A program made the position numbers and the translations under genes. A stretch of 64,000 nt of DNA from the NCBI RefSeq assembly GCF_037042905.1, contig NC_087252.1, positions 2,420,001 through 2,484,000 on the forward strand, written 5' to 3'. The first letter of the stretch is position 1; each line of letters opens with the position of its first letter. Of this stretch, positions 11,940-27,282 are shown piece after piece. The DNA is from Lytechinus pictus (lineage: Eukaryota). Under the pieces are notes generated by a model. The model saw only the letters and a program-made list of their open reading frames with translations, ran no database searches and had not been told where the DNA came from.

Positions 11940-14900
11940 CCTTCCATTTCCATGCTCACAAGTATTACAAATCCAATGTTTGATGAGGATACCATAGTGC
12001 ATTCTGCCCTCTATCGATCAGAGCCTACATAGTCCAAGAATCGAGCCTCGTACGTGACGAAGACCACGTTGTCTATTTTTTTTTTACAACCTGTGTTCGA
12101 TTTTCGTGAAATCTAAGTTTGGATATAATTTAAAAGGCAATGAATTCAAAATCCATCTCATTCTCTGTAATACAGGTCTGGAAAATGTTGCGAGACGTCG
12201 ACTCCATTTAAAAGCGCACCCTTATCACCAACACTTTTATTTTCGTAGGTTAAAAAAATGAACCATCAGAATAAAAAAAAAGAATATTTTAATCATTATG
12301 CTGAGGTTCGGGACAAAAAGTAATAAACATGAGAAAGGAAATATGTATGAAGAGAACAGGAGGGCCCCGAGAGTATAATGATTGGGAGGGTGGAGTGAGA
12401 GAGGGGTGGGGGTCAAGACTATCTAAAGGGAAGTCATGTTTTGATGTCAATTAATAAAAAAGTAATTTCCCGGTATGCTCTTCTTTTGCCTTCCCCCTTT
12501 TCTTCCTCATTTTACATCTTCTTTCCCCTCTTTCATAGTCATAGGAGGGCGGCGCTCCCAAGACCTGCCCAGTCTGTTTCACCACCACAAGAAGAGAGAA
12601 TGAGAGGTGGGGGGTAGAGAGAGAGGGGGAAAATGAGATTGAGGGGGGCAAAGAGACAAAGAGAGAGGGGGCGAAGAGGAAGAAGGAGAGGGAAAGATGA
12701 ACTGAGACAGATTTCTTTTTTTTTTCAAATATGTTTTGTTATATTCGCTGGAAAAGAAATATTTGTAAACTGTTTGGATTTCCTGATATTAGTGTTTTAT
12801 TGACAGTGCAAATTTCCCATGCAAATTTTTAAAAAGTCGGTAAGAAATTCAATTAATTTTGTTGTTGAAACCCGTTAATTTGACTCTTTTTAAAATCAAA
12901 ATACTAAGCTGTCAATCAAATAATATGCATAAATCTTAAATTTTTGTACGATTGAAGTTACATATTTCCCATTTGTATTTTTTTTTTCTAAAAGCTCCAG
13001 TCTGGGTCTTTAACATAAACATGGTGTACATCAAGACCAGGACAGCCAATTCATACGCCAGTGCTTCGATTTTTTACTTTTCACTATAATAAGATTCTCT
13101 CATAAATACTCCTCTCCGTCGAAACGGAAGTGAAATCCAATTCCGTCGTGATAGAAGTCATGAAAATGAAGATATGATAGTAACTGTTTATTCGCTTACG
13201 TCAACAGCCACTGTTTTCAAGTGGGCCTCGTCATTTCTCGAGGGGGCTTGCAACGGTTCAGCGAAAAACTACGATTTCAATGACGGCGGAGTATGAACTT
13301 GCATTTCAATACGAGGTACCTGGTCTGTAAACCGGATATGATTATAAAGCGAGAATGTTGATTTCGTTTAACGACAGTTGCTTCTTAAATTTTCGCCGAA
13401 GTTTTCTGTACCTGTCACGACAAGGTTGGGTATAATAATTGATTTCTGTGTGTTCAAATTACGATGTATTACAAAATCCCAACGTTTATTTTGTAACATG
13501 TCACAAATCAAATAATTCAATTCCTCATTGATAATGACTATGGCCAACAGTTACGATCCTGGGGATAGGGAATAGGGGCGTCCACCCCACCCCCCCCCAT
13601 TTGGAATTTTGTACAGCAACCGAAGAGAGGGAGTCCTCCCCCCCCCCCCTCCGTATAAAAGGACCAAAAAATCACGAAATCGCCGCCAGTTCTCATGACA
13701 TTCTTTTTTCTCGCACCCACTCATCCTACCCGATGAAAACACATTATTTAAATTCTTATCTTTTCAATTAAAAAAAAAATTAATTTGATATTTCAGATTG
13801 AGCAACTGACATTATTTCTTTTTTTTCAAAACATGAAAACATGAATAAATATTATAGGTTGTGCATATTGTTCTAAATCCAGGGTTGAAGTCAGTCATTC
13901 CATTAGTATGTGGATTTTATAGCGAAGCAATTGATTGGCATGGTATTCACACGCCGCCACTCCTTTCTTTATGTATTCTCTTTCCCTCTTTTACGCCCGT
14001 GCGAAGCGCAAAAGTTCTTACTTTTCTCAGGAAAAATACAACGTCACCTAAACTTCGAAATCAGCAATTACATAACCAAGGCATGCATCGCGAGAAATAA
14101 TCTAATAAAGCAGACCTAAATAAATGAAAAGTAAGAGTAACGGAGAAAGGAGATTTTAGATACCATTGTAATTTATGAAACTGGTTAAAATGAAGTACTT
14201 ATGTTGGTTATACTTTGACCATTACCTTCTTCTTACTTCCGTCTTTTTCCCCTTCGTCTTTTTTGCCACACTTTGACATATCTAACTTGCCTACGCTTTC
14301 ACTTTGAATCTTTTCCATTTCCCTTTGTATAAAATATTATTTTATTAATTTATTTGCTCGTTTAATAATCTCGTTTTATTTTATGTTCTTATGTTTACTT
14401 TTCTCTTTAACTTCTTCAGATTCTCTTTTTTTTTGGTAGTCCTGGGGAGTTATCCATGAAGGGATTTGTCAAAAAGTCAGTTTATCCGATAGTTACCATA
14501 GTAACATTGCTTCTAGGCCAATCAACATCAAGAAAAGTTGTCAGATCCAACAAATTGTCAAACGAGAAACTTTGATGGAATGCTTGCCTGTTCTGAATCT
14601 TTGTTTTTATTATGATTATTATTTTTTTAATTCCTTTTTACATTCTGTTTTCGCAAGACTATTATTCAGAGCTTTTCCCCTTATCTGCCCAAGCATACAA
14701 GAATTTTGGCATTGACCCCATCCATCTTTACTTGTTTTTTTTTTTTCAACTCACCCCTCTCAAGCTTTCTACTAGTATCTCAACAAACATTTCTCCCCCT
14801 GCAAAAAAAAAGAAAGTTAGCGTATTATCTTTTGAATTACAAATTGCCTCGTATTACCTTTAATAATGAAACTGCAAATAAAGAAGAAAAAAAACATCGA

Positions 14901-16809
14901 GTTGATGAATCTAAATGTTTTATTTCGGAAATTTATATTAATCATGTAGTTTCATTTTTTAATCGAAACAGATGTAGTTTTTATATGATAAGGGGTTTTT
15001 AACTCTAATTATCACTGATTATAGAGTCATTTATTTTGTCACAAATGCAATTTTTGTCATAAAAGGGACCATATCACATTTTTCGTAGTCATCAAAACGA
15101 TCAATCATAATTTGAAACATATTGGACAAATCCTTTAAATTATTGAACATGCATAGCAATAACTAAACAGATATGTTTATTTCAAAATTTTCAGGTAATG
15201 GAAAAAAATACGTTCAACCTTATTTTTGATGTCTGTCTCGTAGAAAGAAAATAACGGCGAGTAAACTCCTCGGTCACTCTCGACGCGGCGGTTGAAGAGG
15301 TCTCCCGGGGAGCTCTCGGCCGGCGAATCGAGTAGGGGGCCGGTGAAGAGTGGCGTTGCGCTGACTTTTTGCGCACTCTTCCCCTCTCTGGTAATTTGCT
15401 ATTGGATGTTTTTCTCGAAAGACATTTGGAGAGATGGTGAATCTTGTTGAATACCAATGAGGCAGCATTTATGAGACAAGAAACTCGAACAAAGTCGAGA
15501 GGCTCTTGTTACGGGAACGAGGAGGGATGTATCGCGTTGCCAAGGGGGTGAAACCGGTCCCCTTAAAAAGGGGAGGGGTATTACTTCTTTTCAATATAAG
15601 TGTAGATTACATAATTAAGAAAAGGGACATCCCCTTCCATTGAGTTCTTCATTTTATTAGATAATCAATTACAATGCAATTCATTCATCAATTTCATACA
15701 GACAATTGAATGGATAAAGCAATTCTGATTAAAAACAATCATTTTATAATGATAATAAATCAGAATGAACTCGGGAGTATGACTCACAGAAAATTACAAC
15801 CATTCGATTAAGTGTAACTGTTAAGGAAATAAATCATGAACTCTTCTGGAAACAAAAGAAATATTGCAATTTCATTGGAGCATATGCATATGTATATGCC
15901 TTATCAATGAGGTTATGACTTTCAACTTGATTGCCTTACAAAAGCCATGCGACAAAGACCCACATTTTCAAATTAAACAAATAATGAACTGAACAAATAA
16001 AACAATTTTAATGAACACATTAATATCCGTGATCGTCAATAATACTATTTCATTCAGGAAGTTGTTTATCGTGTGGATACAGGTCGCGATTGCAGTTTAG
16101 TACTCTCCTAAACATGTCAACAAATAAGCTAGCTTTCATGATTTATTAGAGGGATATGGGTCGTCAACAATTGTTCCTTTCTCAGAAAATATGGAAAAAG
16201 GGAGAATGATGTCATCTAAAATTCTTAAGTGTACTTATGCTTCCGGAAGAAAGGAAATGTTAAAGATGACCGGTAACAACCAGACTGGACTGGTGAAAAG
16301 TCTTGCCCTATTTTTTCTGTGATAATTAAAAGCGTGGAATTCCCGACAAATGTGTGTGTGAGGATGTGCCTGAGATGTGTGCGATGTGGGTTTGTGTGTT
16401 TTCCGTGGGCGTTTTGTGTATGATCTTAATGTTGGTGCATAGTACATTACAGGATTTCTTACTTTTTGAGGGACCATTTATGAGTGTATTGCCTTTCACA
16501 AAAAGCACATTTTCAATTCATAGAAAGTATTGTGGACGGGGAGAAGGATTTTTTTTTTGTTAATTACTGATTCCGTCATTCTTTTTGTTGTATAATTATG
16601 ATACATATTTATATCAATTCATTGACAATTACAATGTAATATATGTATTAATTCACTGCCCCTCCCCACAGAAAAAACACATACCACGGCCATGAGAAAT
16701 TAGAATATTAAGACGTTAAGATATTTTGGTTTTGATGGAATCAGAGTAAAACAGTAAAGGAAAATATTGTTGTGTGAGCGAACGCATGGGGAGAGTGTAT
16801 GTAGGAAGC

Positions 16810-16985
16810 ACAGTAAAAAAAAAATAGCACGTTGTTTAAGCCTGTCACTCTAACAACAAGTTGTTTAAACTTGTTTAAAATTATTTAATATTTTTAAACA
16901 ACTTGTTTAAAAAGTTTAAACAGTTGTTGTTAGAGTGACGGGCTTAAACAACGTGCTTAGAATTTTAAACAGCGTTTTTTTTTCT
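16810..16985. mobile_element. Fold-back MITE (AGCACGTTGTTTAAGCC...GGCTTAAACAACGTGCT); diverged copy at ~63815-63955
   Basis: Near-perfect long inverted repeat; two copies. Confidence 0.75.
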
Positions 16986-19602
16986 AGGGGTAGATTGACA
17001 GGCCTTTAGGCCAACGTCCTGCATATACCTACTAAGAAGAGTAGTGAACCCATTGTTGTATATGATTGAACTCTAGCGTTAAAGGTTACTATGTAACTTT
17101 ATTAATGGATCATCCACGTGGCTGATCATCTTCCTATACATCAATTAATCCCGCTTGTCATACTTTACGTCTTCTAAATCCGACTTATTTGGTCCTGGTA
17201 AACTTTAAATTGTATGGTAATACAACCAGGGATGAGAGGTGAGATACTTGCTTTACGCGCTGTGATGTATTGTACGTTTAATAAGATACGAAGCTGTCTC
17301 CAAGAGCGTTCCCGCCGCACTGATACCATTTTGTCATTCTTTCATACGATTTCTTTTGTTCTCCTTATTCTTGTAACCTTCGTATTTTTCTTTTCCCCCT
17401 CTTTCTCATATTTCTCCTGCATGTATTCGTTCCTATGAGTCTTAAGTCTTCGTTCCCTCCTATTTTTGTTCATTATCTTCTCCTTTATTCTAATATTTCT
17501 TTCCATCCCCCTTTCCTCTCTATTTATTTTTCGTTCTTCTCCTTTTAAACCATTATGTTAACTTATTTTTAGTCATCTTATTTTTTTCTTCTTCCTCCCC
17601 CTCCTTCCGCCTCCTTCTTTTTCTTCATATTCATTTTCTTCTTCTTCTTTATACTCTTGGTCCTTTTTTCTACTTCCTTACACCAAGAAGACGGTTCATG
17701 CAAACGTGCTTTTTGTGGTTTACTCTAGCCTGTAAAGATGAACATTAGCAAAATGTTCATTCCCTTAAATGCATCCAGCATACACTTAAAGTCTTTGTTC
17801 ATCATATCTCGTAAACCACATTTTCGTTTGGTTGCATCTTTGAAAAGAGTTAGTATTTTTTCATCTTTAACATCTGTGGTTCGACTGTACAACGTTGTCG
17901 AGGTCAATGCCAGGTCGCATAGAAATTTGTTTGTACAAGCGATGTCCTTAATGACATCGCTTAACTCTAGCATTTAGGCCAGTCATTGCTTGAGATCAAA
18001 CAATGAGAATTAGAAAACTGACACCAACAATCGAATTGAATAAGGGATCTTGAAACTAATCTTTTAAACCTCGGGGATACATATGATCATGATTCGTGCC
18101 TATAAAGATAAACTTCAACTTAAGTTTCCATGTACAATGTATAATTCAATTAATTTATAATGCAAATACGAAAGGAACTAGAAAAATAATTATTAAACAA
18201 GGTGAATTCACTCTAAACTCCAGTACCATCAATTCAAAACATCATTTGAGAATCGTGGGAGAAGCAGCTATTTTGTCACGTGGAAAGAATGACAGAATAC
18301 TGCGCTTTGCCATTTTTATGCATCCAGATTTTCAAATCTCTATTGTGCGATGCACGATGTTACTTAATAGCAATAGTAATAATAAACAGGTTCTTATATA
18401 GCGAGCAGTGAATTCAAACTATATTACACTCAGACAAAAATTGATATGGTCTTAGGTGCCTTTGTTCTCATCCAAGGTAAAATCAATCTACGAGGGTGAA
18501 ATGAATACAAGATATTAAACACGCATCTCATTTTCTATATGATTTTGAAAAGAAATACATCATGCCCCAATATTTTTTCATGCAGAATTGCTCGTAATTA
18601 CTGTATATCTCTTGTAAGGTATAAATCATGTCAAAATAGAAGACAACATTTACATTAAATTCACTTTGGGGAAAGAGAGGAAAAATGAATCGTATAGACA
18701 GTCATAACAAAGTGAAGTTGTAGGTATTATATAGATAATTTTGCTTGATTGATTAAATGTATTCTTTTTCATTTCAAAGTCAAACAAATTAACTAAAAAG
18801 GTACAAAGCAGAATTTAGATTTCAAAAAAGAAAAGGGGCAACTCACTGGAAAGCATCCTTTGTTTATGCAAGGTCCTGCATTTTTACTCCTAGAAATATA
18901 ATTAGACAGGTAGATAATTAACAAAATTACAAAAAAGCAAGATGCAAACTTGCCCATGGAAAACCAATGTTGGTGTCCACTGCATTTTGAATTTCTTTAA
19001 AGTGTGATATTGGTATCAGAGATTTGTAGTGAATATGATTCCACTCCTAGGCATATGCTATCTTAACTAGGACAATTTTTACATGCTCACATTTCCTTTC
19101 CCCATATTTATTCATTTCAGCTGAATACAGTCCGTCAAATTATAGGGTTAACGAGAATACCATTAATTATCGGGATAATAGGTTCCGCTGAGAATAGTGT
19201 CTCTCATTTGTCTATGTGTCATCAGAAATCGACGGGATGCAATTAATGACCCCACAATCATCAAACTAGTTTGAAAGACGAGCGATATTCCCTTCGGATT
19301 GATTTAAAAACGCAAAATAGAATATCCCCCAATTATGGACTTTGATTTTATGATGATCTATTTCTAATCTTTTCAGGAGAAAGGACGGTTGGAAGACGGA
19401 AATTAATGGTTATCATTATGACGGATGATTTTTACATAAGACATGTATAAAGTTGCTTTGTTTTGTGTTTGTTCGTTTGTATGTTTGGGGGATGTCTTTT
19501 TTCAATTATTAATGAATGAAAGGATTCATTTTGTTAATTCGTTCTCATTAATTATCACTCTTATGTAATTTCATTTCAAAGTTTTATTTATTCATTCATT
19601 TG

Positions 19603-19800
19603 CACACTCTGAAAATAGTTGGGGGAAAAAATACTATCCACACAATTATCGGTTAAAATCTGCCCAAATTAGGTAATGAAAACTAATAATTTGGTGATAA
19701 ATTTGCTCAATTGGAAAATAATTGCACAATATACTAGCAAAGTATCACAATACCCAACACAGTGGACAGTATTGCCCTACATTTTAAGTATGTATGCATT
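19603..19800. mobile_element. Dispersed repeat/MITE fragment; related copy at ~61840-61950
   Basis: Shared CACACAA(T/C)TAT(C/T)GGTTAAAATCTG(C/T)CCAAATT(A/G)GGT segment in both places. Confidence 0.55.
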
Positions 19801-20718
19801 TTGATGGGGGAACTTGGATTTGAGCTACAGACTTATTGCACTTCTTGACCCAAAGTCGACAAGTGATACTTCGCTACCAAGCTACATTGTGTCTGCAATA
19901 AGGTCTATTTTGTTCATTTACAATCTTGGGGCTGATAATTAATTGGGCTATCCAAGCACGTTCTGTACATTAGACTAACAAAACATTGGATTGAATGCAA
20001 ATGAATATACATGTATACATAATTATTCTGTCATCTCATCTCATCTTAAGTATTGATTTTTTTTTAAACAAACAACCTTCCTTATATTCATAAAAACAAT
20101 TCTGATTTGTAAAATTATAATAATCAGTTAAAGTCTTTGAATCAGTCAAATAAGATTGGGTTCGTTATATATATAAATAACACTCTTATATGTCAGATTT
20201 GACACTTCTGGTGATTCAGAAAATCATGGATTGAAAATCATCACCACCAACAACAAAAAAAACCCAGATTAGTTATGATTTAGATAAGGTATGAATACTT
20301 CATTTTGGTGTTTTCTCCGTTTACTTGAATCGTAAGATTTGACCGGGAATAGCAGCAATTTGAATTCCCAAGAGAGGTCATTAGAATGTGATAATCATGA
20401 TAATTGATATTAATTTTACCATAATAACTGAAGGTGAATTGTTTCTGAAAATCCGCATTGTCGGTTCATTAAGGAAATGCTTGGAATCTCGAAGGTTGGT
20501 TTCATGATTTAATTCAATGGCATCTATTCCCAGTGGACAAATCATTGTGACACAATAAGTTCAGGGTACTTTTACGGTCGTATCACGTGATACTATGGCG
20601 GAGAAAATAAGAGAAAGAAAGAGAGTGAGAGCAAGAGGGCGAGAAGGGGGTTTGGAGCCTGAGGGCATGTGAGGGTGTGTTTGTATGTGAGAAAAGGAAA
20701 GGGCAGAGGGGGTTGGGG

Positions 20719-20749
<31 letters not shown>

Positions 20750-23700
20750 TGAGAGGGGGGGGACAAAGAGTTACTGAGACCGTAGAGATGCCAATGGTGA
20801 GATGATGTTCATGTGTATGTATGGGTGAATGTGAATGTGTGAGTATGATTTGTGCGTGAGGGTTGGGGTGTATGTGTGTGTGAGAGGGGGTGGATAGAGA
20901 GGAAGAAGGGGGGGTGATAGCAGATGAGTGAAAGAGAGGGGACTTTATATATACAAGTCATGATACAGCTACGCTAGGATAGGGAAGAAATGTATAAGTG
21001 TGAGCGAAATAGACGCATCAAATTGAGGAGAAATTGAAATCGAAAGAGTCGTGACAAGAGGAGATGTAGAGTCGAAGAGAGATGGAATTGGAAAACGTCC
21101 GTTCGTAATCAAGAGTTCAATCACCTCTCGCAACGTAAGATGCCATCTCGACTTGTCGGCTTTTCGGTCGTCATCAAACAATAAATTTGATGTGAATTTA
21201 TGAACATATTCCTGCAATTTAAATTTAGTTTATTCACAATGGATTAAGTTAAATACAAGTTTTATTGGAAATTTCTGATAATCCGAAGAAATGAAAGGGT
21301 AGGTTTAATCATTGTCCAAAATAAACGAGGTAAAGACCAATAATTGCTCAGAAATTAGTAAGATATGGATTTATTTCCATCACTAGCTTAATAAAAAGAT
21401 ATGTTCTTCAATATGTGAAGCATAAGAACTGAGACTCAACTAGGCCTACTTATTAGTGTTAGTAGTTTCAGCTTTTTAGCATGTTCCTCTTCTAATTAGT
21501 TTTAACCTCGAACATTTTATGGGCTTCCTATGCAGTTAAAACAGTAGTTTGTTATTCTGACTTGAGTTTAAATACTTTCTCCGAAAAGTCTTGCTGATTG
21601 CAAAGAATAATTGACCTGCGTTGTTTGCCAAAATTGTGGCTTTATTTTGAAAAAAAAAGGATAATGAGAATGCAATTTCAACTTAAAATGAAAATTATAT
21701 CGCGTAATACTTTGCTTATAATTGTTTATACTCTGAATTCTCAGTAATGCAATTTTTTTTTGGATACATTATGATGGAAATTTCTTGTAATTTCTCGTAA
21801 GATGTAATATAAAATTAATTGGCAACTTAATGAGCTGTCGTTACGTGAAGAGATAGATCCCAGAAAATCCATGTCAAAATAGCCATGTGCTTCAAATGAC
21901 GCTCAAATATAAATATAATGATTTCCTCTTTATGGAACATATCACAAGGAAACTACAAAGACCAATTGATAACATTTATTACGGATATGCAGTGTATTTG
22001 GACAAAAGGGTTTAGAAGGGAAGGGGAGCTGCACTCCGTACTCCCGCGGCAAGGGGCACGCTACCGTGCAAGCAGTGACACCAGTCAATTAGGTGAAAGC
22101 GTCAATACTTGTGCAACACTTTATAAGTGTACAACGTTACCTGATTAGATTAGAAGCTTCGATTGAGAAATATGGCGTGTATTTGGAGAGGACACTTCCA
22201 CTATAAAAATATGAAAATTAATTTTCAAGGAAGCTCTATTACGACACCATGTATATTTCATATTAAGAGGAGACAGACTGAGATTGTTGATGTAATTTAC
22301 CTGCCACACCCTCCGAAACTCGCATATGCACCATGTTAAAAAAATCACGAGGTCCCATTTTAAATTTATGTAATAAAAAGATAATGCACAAAACCATAGT
22401 CATTTAATGACCTAACAATCCACATTTATACATTTATGATTGAAAAATATTGATTTTTAGAGAAAACAACTCAGTGGTAAAAAAAAATGAAAATAAACTG
22501 ACAAAAAATGTCCATACTGCAAAACATGCCTTGGATCTCGAGGGAGGCTGTACATGGCTAACCTTTACCGCTATGTTCTCAAGGCTTCTTCGAGAGAACT
22601 CAGGTCTGGACGCACTGTTAATTCTAGAGTGGGTCTCTGCAAGTCACGCCAGCATGGCCAGGTGTGTGGGAGGAGTAAAGTTCAAAGACGTGTGCATAAG
22701 CTAGCCAGGATGCGTGGAATAGTGTATTGTTGGATCGTGTTAATCATAAATGCCTCTTTTGTTTCTAAAACACACACACACACTTTCTGTTCCCTTCTGT
22801 AACAAATGAGTTATATATTTTAATGACGAATTATGTGGAATGATATCTTGGTTCGAATATTTCAAGAGAGAGCCTATAATGAATCAAAAGGTATTAACAA
22901 TATTGAATAATTCTTACTTCTTATTTCGAAGCATATTCATCATTTCCCTCTTCTCTTACTCCACTAACTATATAGAATGCTACTTTTTTATTTAGTTTAT
23001 CATAGGCATCTTTTTCCTTCTCTTGATCATCTCCTGTTACACTTCTCTTTTTTGTCCTTGCTTTAGTTTTCGATTATTCATTTTTCATCCTTCTCTTATA
23101 TTTTCTTTTTTTCATTTTCTTCTTCTTTTACTTCTTTGTCTACTTTTATTGTTTTTTGCATCTTCTCCCCCTTCTTTTCTTCTTCTTCGTATTCTTCTTC
23201 TTCCTCTTTCTCTTCCCCTTCTTTTGATACTATTCTTACTCTTCTTCTTGTCCTTGTATACTGCCTGTCCTCTCGTTGAATTTTTTTTTTTACTTTAAAA
23301 CCCACGAGTAATGTACTTCCTGTATCCCAACTTGGCTTAGTTGTGTAGTAATCTACTACGGAAGTTATCAATAAAAGTATACCAGGAATAAGATTTCCCC
23401 TCCCCCCTCTCTAAATTATTTTATTTGGATAAACCATTTCGTTAACTTATGAACGACGACGAATGAGTAATGAAGCCAAGGATCATTTCATTCCATTCAT
23501 TCGTTCTTATCACTGGTGATGGAATAGTCATAACGGCGAAACCGATTGAAGACCGTCCAAAAACGGTTACGTTACCACCAATTGCATACCATTGATCGTT
23601 TGGGAATCGTATTGTTGTTGTGACTGGAAGCCTTACGGATAATCGAGTGACTAATCTGCGGAACGACAGAGAAATGAAAACGATCATGATACAGTCACAC

Positions 23701-24257
23701 CCAACGTGAACCGTGGAACCTATATTGGACTGATCAAAGGTTAATGCGTTATTTACAATGGTAGTACCGCCGGTCGGTTTCGAGTCAGTCTCGTTGGTAA
23801 GACTGGAGTATTGATTTGACTATAGTAAGATTGATTTTCATGTCAAGTTACAATATGACAATTGACAAAAAAATTATTTCTGTAATTATTATCAATCATC
23901 GATGGCGTCATATATTGTCAAGAAGAAGAGGCGCATGGGCACTACGTCATTTCCCGATAACGAAATTTCAACTACTTTTTTGTTTAATCATGCCTAATTT
24001 AATAGGTGGCCTCAATTTATTGGTCAAGTTCAGAAAGTAAAACCATGTCCTTCTTTAAATTAATGGAGTCAAACTTTTTTCGACATTTTTTTTTCAAAGG
24101 GAACACCCCCCCCCCCCCCTTTATTCTTGGATGAAATTTCATTGTATTTTGCAGAGTATGCAATAAATTATAAACCAAAGATTTTTTTAGCAAGTAAACA
24201 CATATATAGTTATTGAGAACGTCTACGGCATTTCCTTTTATTTGAATGAAGGATAAA

Positions 24258-24373
24258 AGAGCATTGTCGATTAATTGCCTTGCTCACGGCCATATGTGCC
24301 GTGGCTGGGAATCGAACCTCGGTATTTCATGTGTCTAGTCAGGCGCCTTAGACCACTCGGCCACGGCATGTCC
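24258..24373 (-). mobile_element. tRNA-derived SINE 5' fragment
   Basis: Minus strand has A box TGGCCGAGTGG and B box GGTTCGATTCC, followed by SINE body GAGCAAGGCAATT; not a complete cloverleaf. Confidence 0.8.
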
Positions 24374-25495
24374 ATTTCATACCAAGCGATTAACGCTACA
24401 TTCACACTAATGAAACCGACTCCAGACAGATCGATGATATATATCATTGGAAATAATGTAATAGCTTTGGTCAGTCTGGAGTCGGTTCTCTGAGTGTGAC
24501 TGTTTCATATCTATTGAAGTTGTCACATAACCTTGTTCTTAATATTATATACTAACAAAATTACCCGGATGTCCTTGTTTCTTAAATACCATGTTAACAC
24601 CATTGCCATACTCTCGTCTCAGCCTCTGACATCTTTGAACATTTAGGTGGTAATTATCAACATTGTGCATACATAGTATCTCCATGTCACCTAATTTATT
24701 CTGATTATTATATCTCATAAACTTCGTATGGGGATACCGGTCCTTCAAGCATAATATAACAATAAGATAACATTCCTTTACAATTTGGGATGGACGATGA
24801 ATAATGCATACGGTTGATATAACATTATCTCTCTTTTTTTTTTTTTTTTTTTTTTGCAAAATTATTTTTGATGTTTGTTTAAATTTGCATTTATTATTGA
24901 CATGATTGAAATAGATACTTTTTATCACAAAGGCCAATGTTACATTTTGTTAAGCTTTGTATTAATACCTCAGAAGAAAATAAAAATACTTTAATGATAT
25001 TAAAGAAATCTTGAACAATCAAATCCTGTTTATTTTGGAAGATGAGTAATAGGAGAAAATTATTTTTCCATGCCATAGATTACTGAACAGAAATAGCATT
25101 ATCGTCACAAACCCAATATTATGAATTTATAACATCCTAAAGCGGGTCTATATCAATTACTGCTCAGTTAATGGTTTGACTTCTCTCATTCCCTCATTCT
25201 CTTTCTCTGTCTCTCCTTTCCTTTCTCTCCCTCTATCTATTTTCCTTCCCCCTTCCCCAAAGTTCAGCTACCTCCCCCTCCGCATCATCCACCCTTTTTT
25301 TTTTTTATATATCCCCATCCATGTCATTGCTTCTTAGATTTGCATTCTATTTTCCACCCTTATACTCGTGTCATCATTCTTCATTTTCTCTCCATCTTCA
25401 TTTTCGACCCTCTCCACCTCCCTTCGCTTCCCTTCTTCCACTTCCTCGAGATGCCATAATTAAATTGATGGACCTAACTTCTGGACGTGTGATGT

Positions 25496-25507
25496 CGCGC
25501 ATGCGCA
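25496..25507. promoter_or_regulatory. NRF1/P3A2-type palindrome CGCGCATGCGCA at the start of a ~1.3-kb CpG-rich island; candidate promoter of the GPCR
   Basis: Consensus match. It is followed by CpG-rich sequence with plus-strand donor-like sites (e.g. TAA|GTGAGT near 26119). Confidence 0.4.
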
Positions 25508-27244
25508 CTATCCCAAAAGCTCACGTAGATACATCGCCTGTGATACTTTTTCTTCAGGGCATGCGTGTCTGCCTATATCATCCCAGCGATGCCTAAACTT
25601 ACCCACCATAAAATCAGCTCACTCTTCAGAGAAAGTTTCGGTTTATACGACAGCGGGTCGGCTGCGATAGATACCAGCGTTGAAGAGATTCCCGCGCCAG
25701 GCACATATCTTAATACAACGTTCACATCTACGTTAGATGGCATGGCGTGATTTTGTTTGTTTATTCTGTTCTGTTTTACGAGAGGTAAACGGAAACTTAA
25801 TCCTTCCTTATGTGTACTCAAACTCTCCATTTCCAATAGAGACTTTGTCTCACCTCTTCATCACGTTTCTTCGTTTCTCAAATTAAATCTTCAATATTGC
25901 TTTGATAGACGATTGTAATCATACAACCGTCTAAACAAATACTATCGACAAAAGCTTTGTGTCATTAGGTTGAGAAGTGGAAGATATACCAATATTAAAC
26001 GGACGGTGGATCATTAAGAAGCGATTCACATTTCTTTTTATTTCTGTTGACTTTATATCACAATGACAATTAGCTTCTCGATGTCACACTTTGGGTATTT
26101 GCGTTTCCCGGTTGATAAGTGAGTGTAAAGTTATATAGAGTGTATGGGAGAAGTTTCGGGACCGCAAATCTCCCAGGTTCTTCACGCGAATCTCCGCACC
26201 TCTGTACCCTTCCCTTCGAAGCTGACGCATCGTTTGTGCATACGCTGAATTAAGAGTGTGTCTCGGTGCTTCTTAATTTGTCCCCCGATTCTGTTTCGTG
26301 TGTACCCGACAACCGGTTAAGTCCGGGCGATCTCGTTAATCAAAATTGAAGCTCAGACGGTTTTTGGCGGTAAGCTCTTCACGCCACGCGGACTTATTTG
26401 CTCGTGAAAAGCAAACATGAGAACATGAAAGAGGGGCACGGGATGATGCGATAGCCGTGTTTTATCTTCATCAAGTTTTTGTATTGAAGAAAAACAACAA
26501 ACAACCTTCGATCACCTTGTCATTGGAATGTCCGCAACCTACGTACACGTTGAAAGGTAATGTAGCAAAGTGTTTAATTTCCCCCATTTTCAATGTCATT
26601 ATCTTCTTTATGTTTCTTGTCACATTAAAAACTAACATTAGTAAGATTTTTAGCTCGATTTGAGGAAAAAGGTCAAGTTTTGATGACTTTGGAAATTTCC
26701 AACTTTCGACAGAATTCACTTTCGTTGAGGCAAGTCTTCCACAAAAACTGCGATCTGTTTGAACTAACCTCAGAGCTGGAAATTGATCAAGATAAGGTGC
26801 TTTATTTATTACCTGTGGCCAATTCTCGATTTGCTATAAATAAAACTTATTACATTTCTTCTATGTCCTTGTAACATTGGTCGAAGCATTTCATTGATAG
26901 AATGCATCGTAGTTTGGCACAAAAAAACCGGTTTCGATGCGGTAGAGTACACAGTTTGATGATATACATGTATAGTTTTGCAATAATTCTTCATTAAACT
27001 GATTTTTGTTTTTCTTTCATATAGAAAGACACATAGGAAAAACTAGTTCCTTGAATTTCATCGTATATTTATGTCATTTTTGGACTGTTAAACCCCCCCC
27101 CCCCCCAAAAAAAAAAAAAAAAAAAAAAAAAACGTCTTTACGTCATATTAAATCAAATGTTGACTTCATATTTCACTTCGGAATAATGATTCAATCACAC
27201 CATTTAAGGATACATTTTGTGCAAATAATTTTCTGAGGGTCATT

Positions 27245-27282
<38 letters not shown>

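Noticed and set aside
17725..17977. 82-aa minus ORF (MLELSDVIKDIAC...) with an antisense ORF
   Set aside because: No recognisable domain and no convincing splice sites; cannot be supported without BLASTx.
22554..22802. ORF with RELRSGRTV reminiscent of retroelement gag N-termini
   Set aside because: Motif too short; no LTR, PBS or downstream gag/pol similarity.
24300..24373. Possible tRNA gene
   Set aside because: A and B boxes are present but there is no proper anticodon arm or terminator, and it runs into a SINE body.
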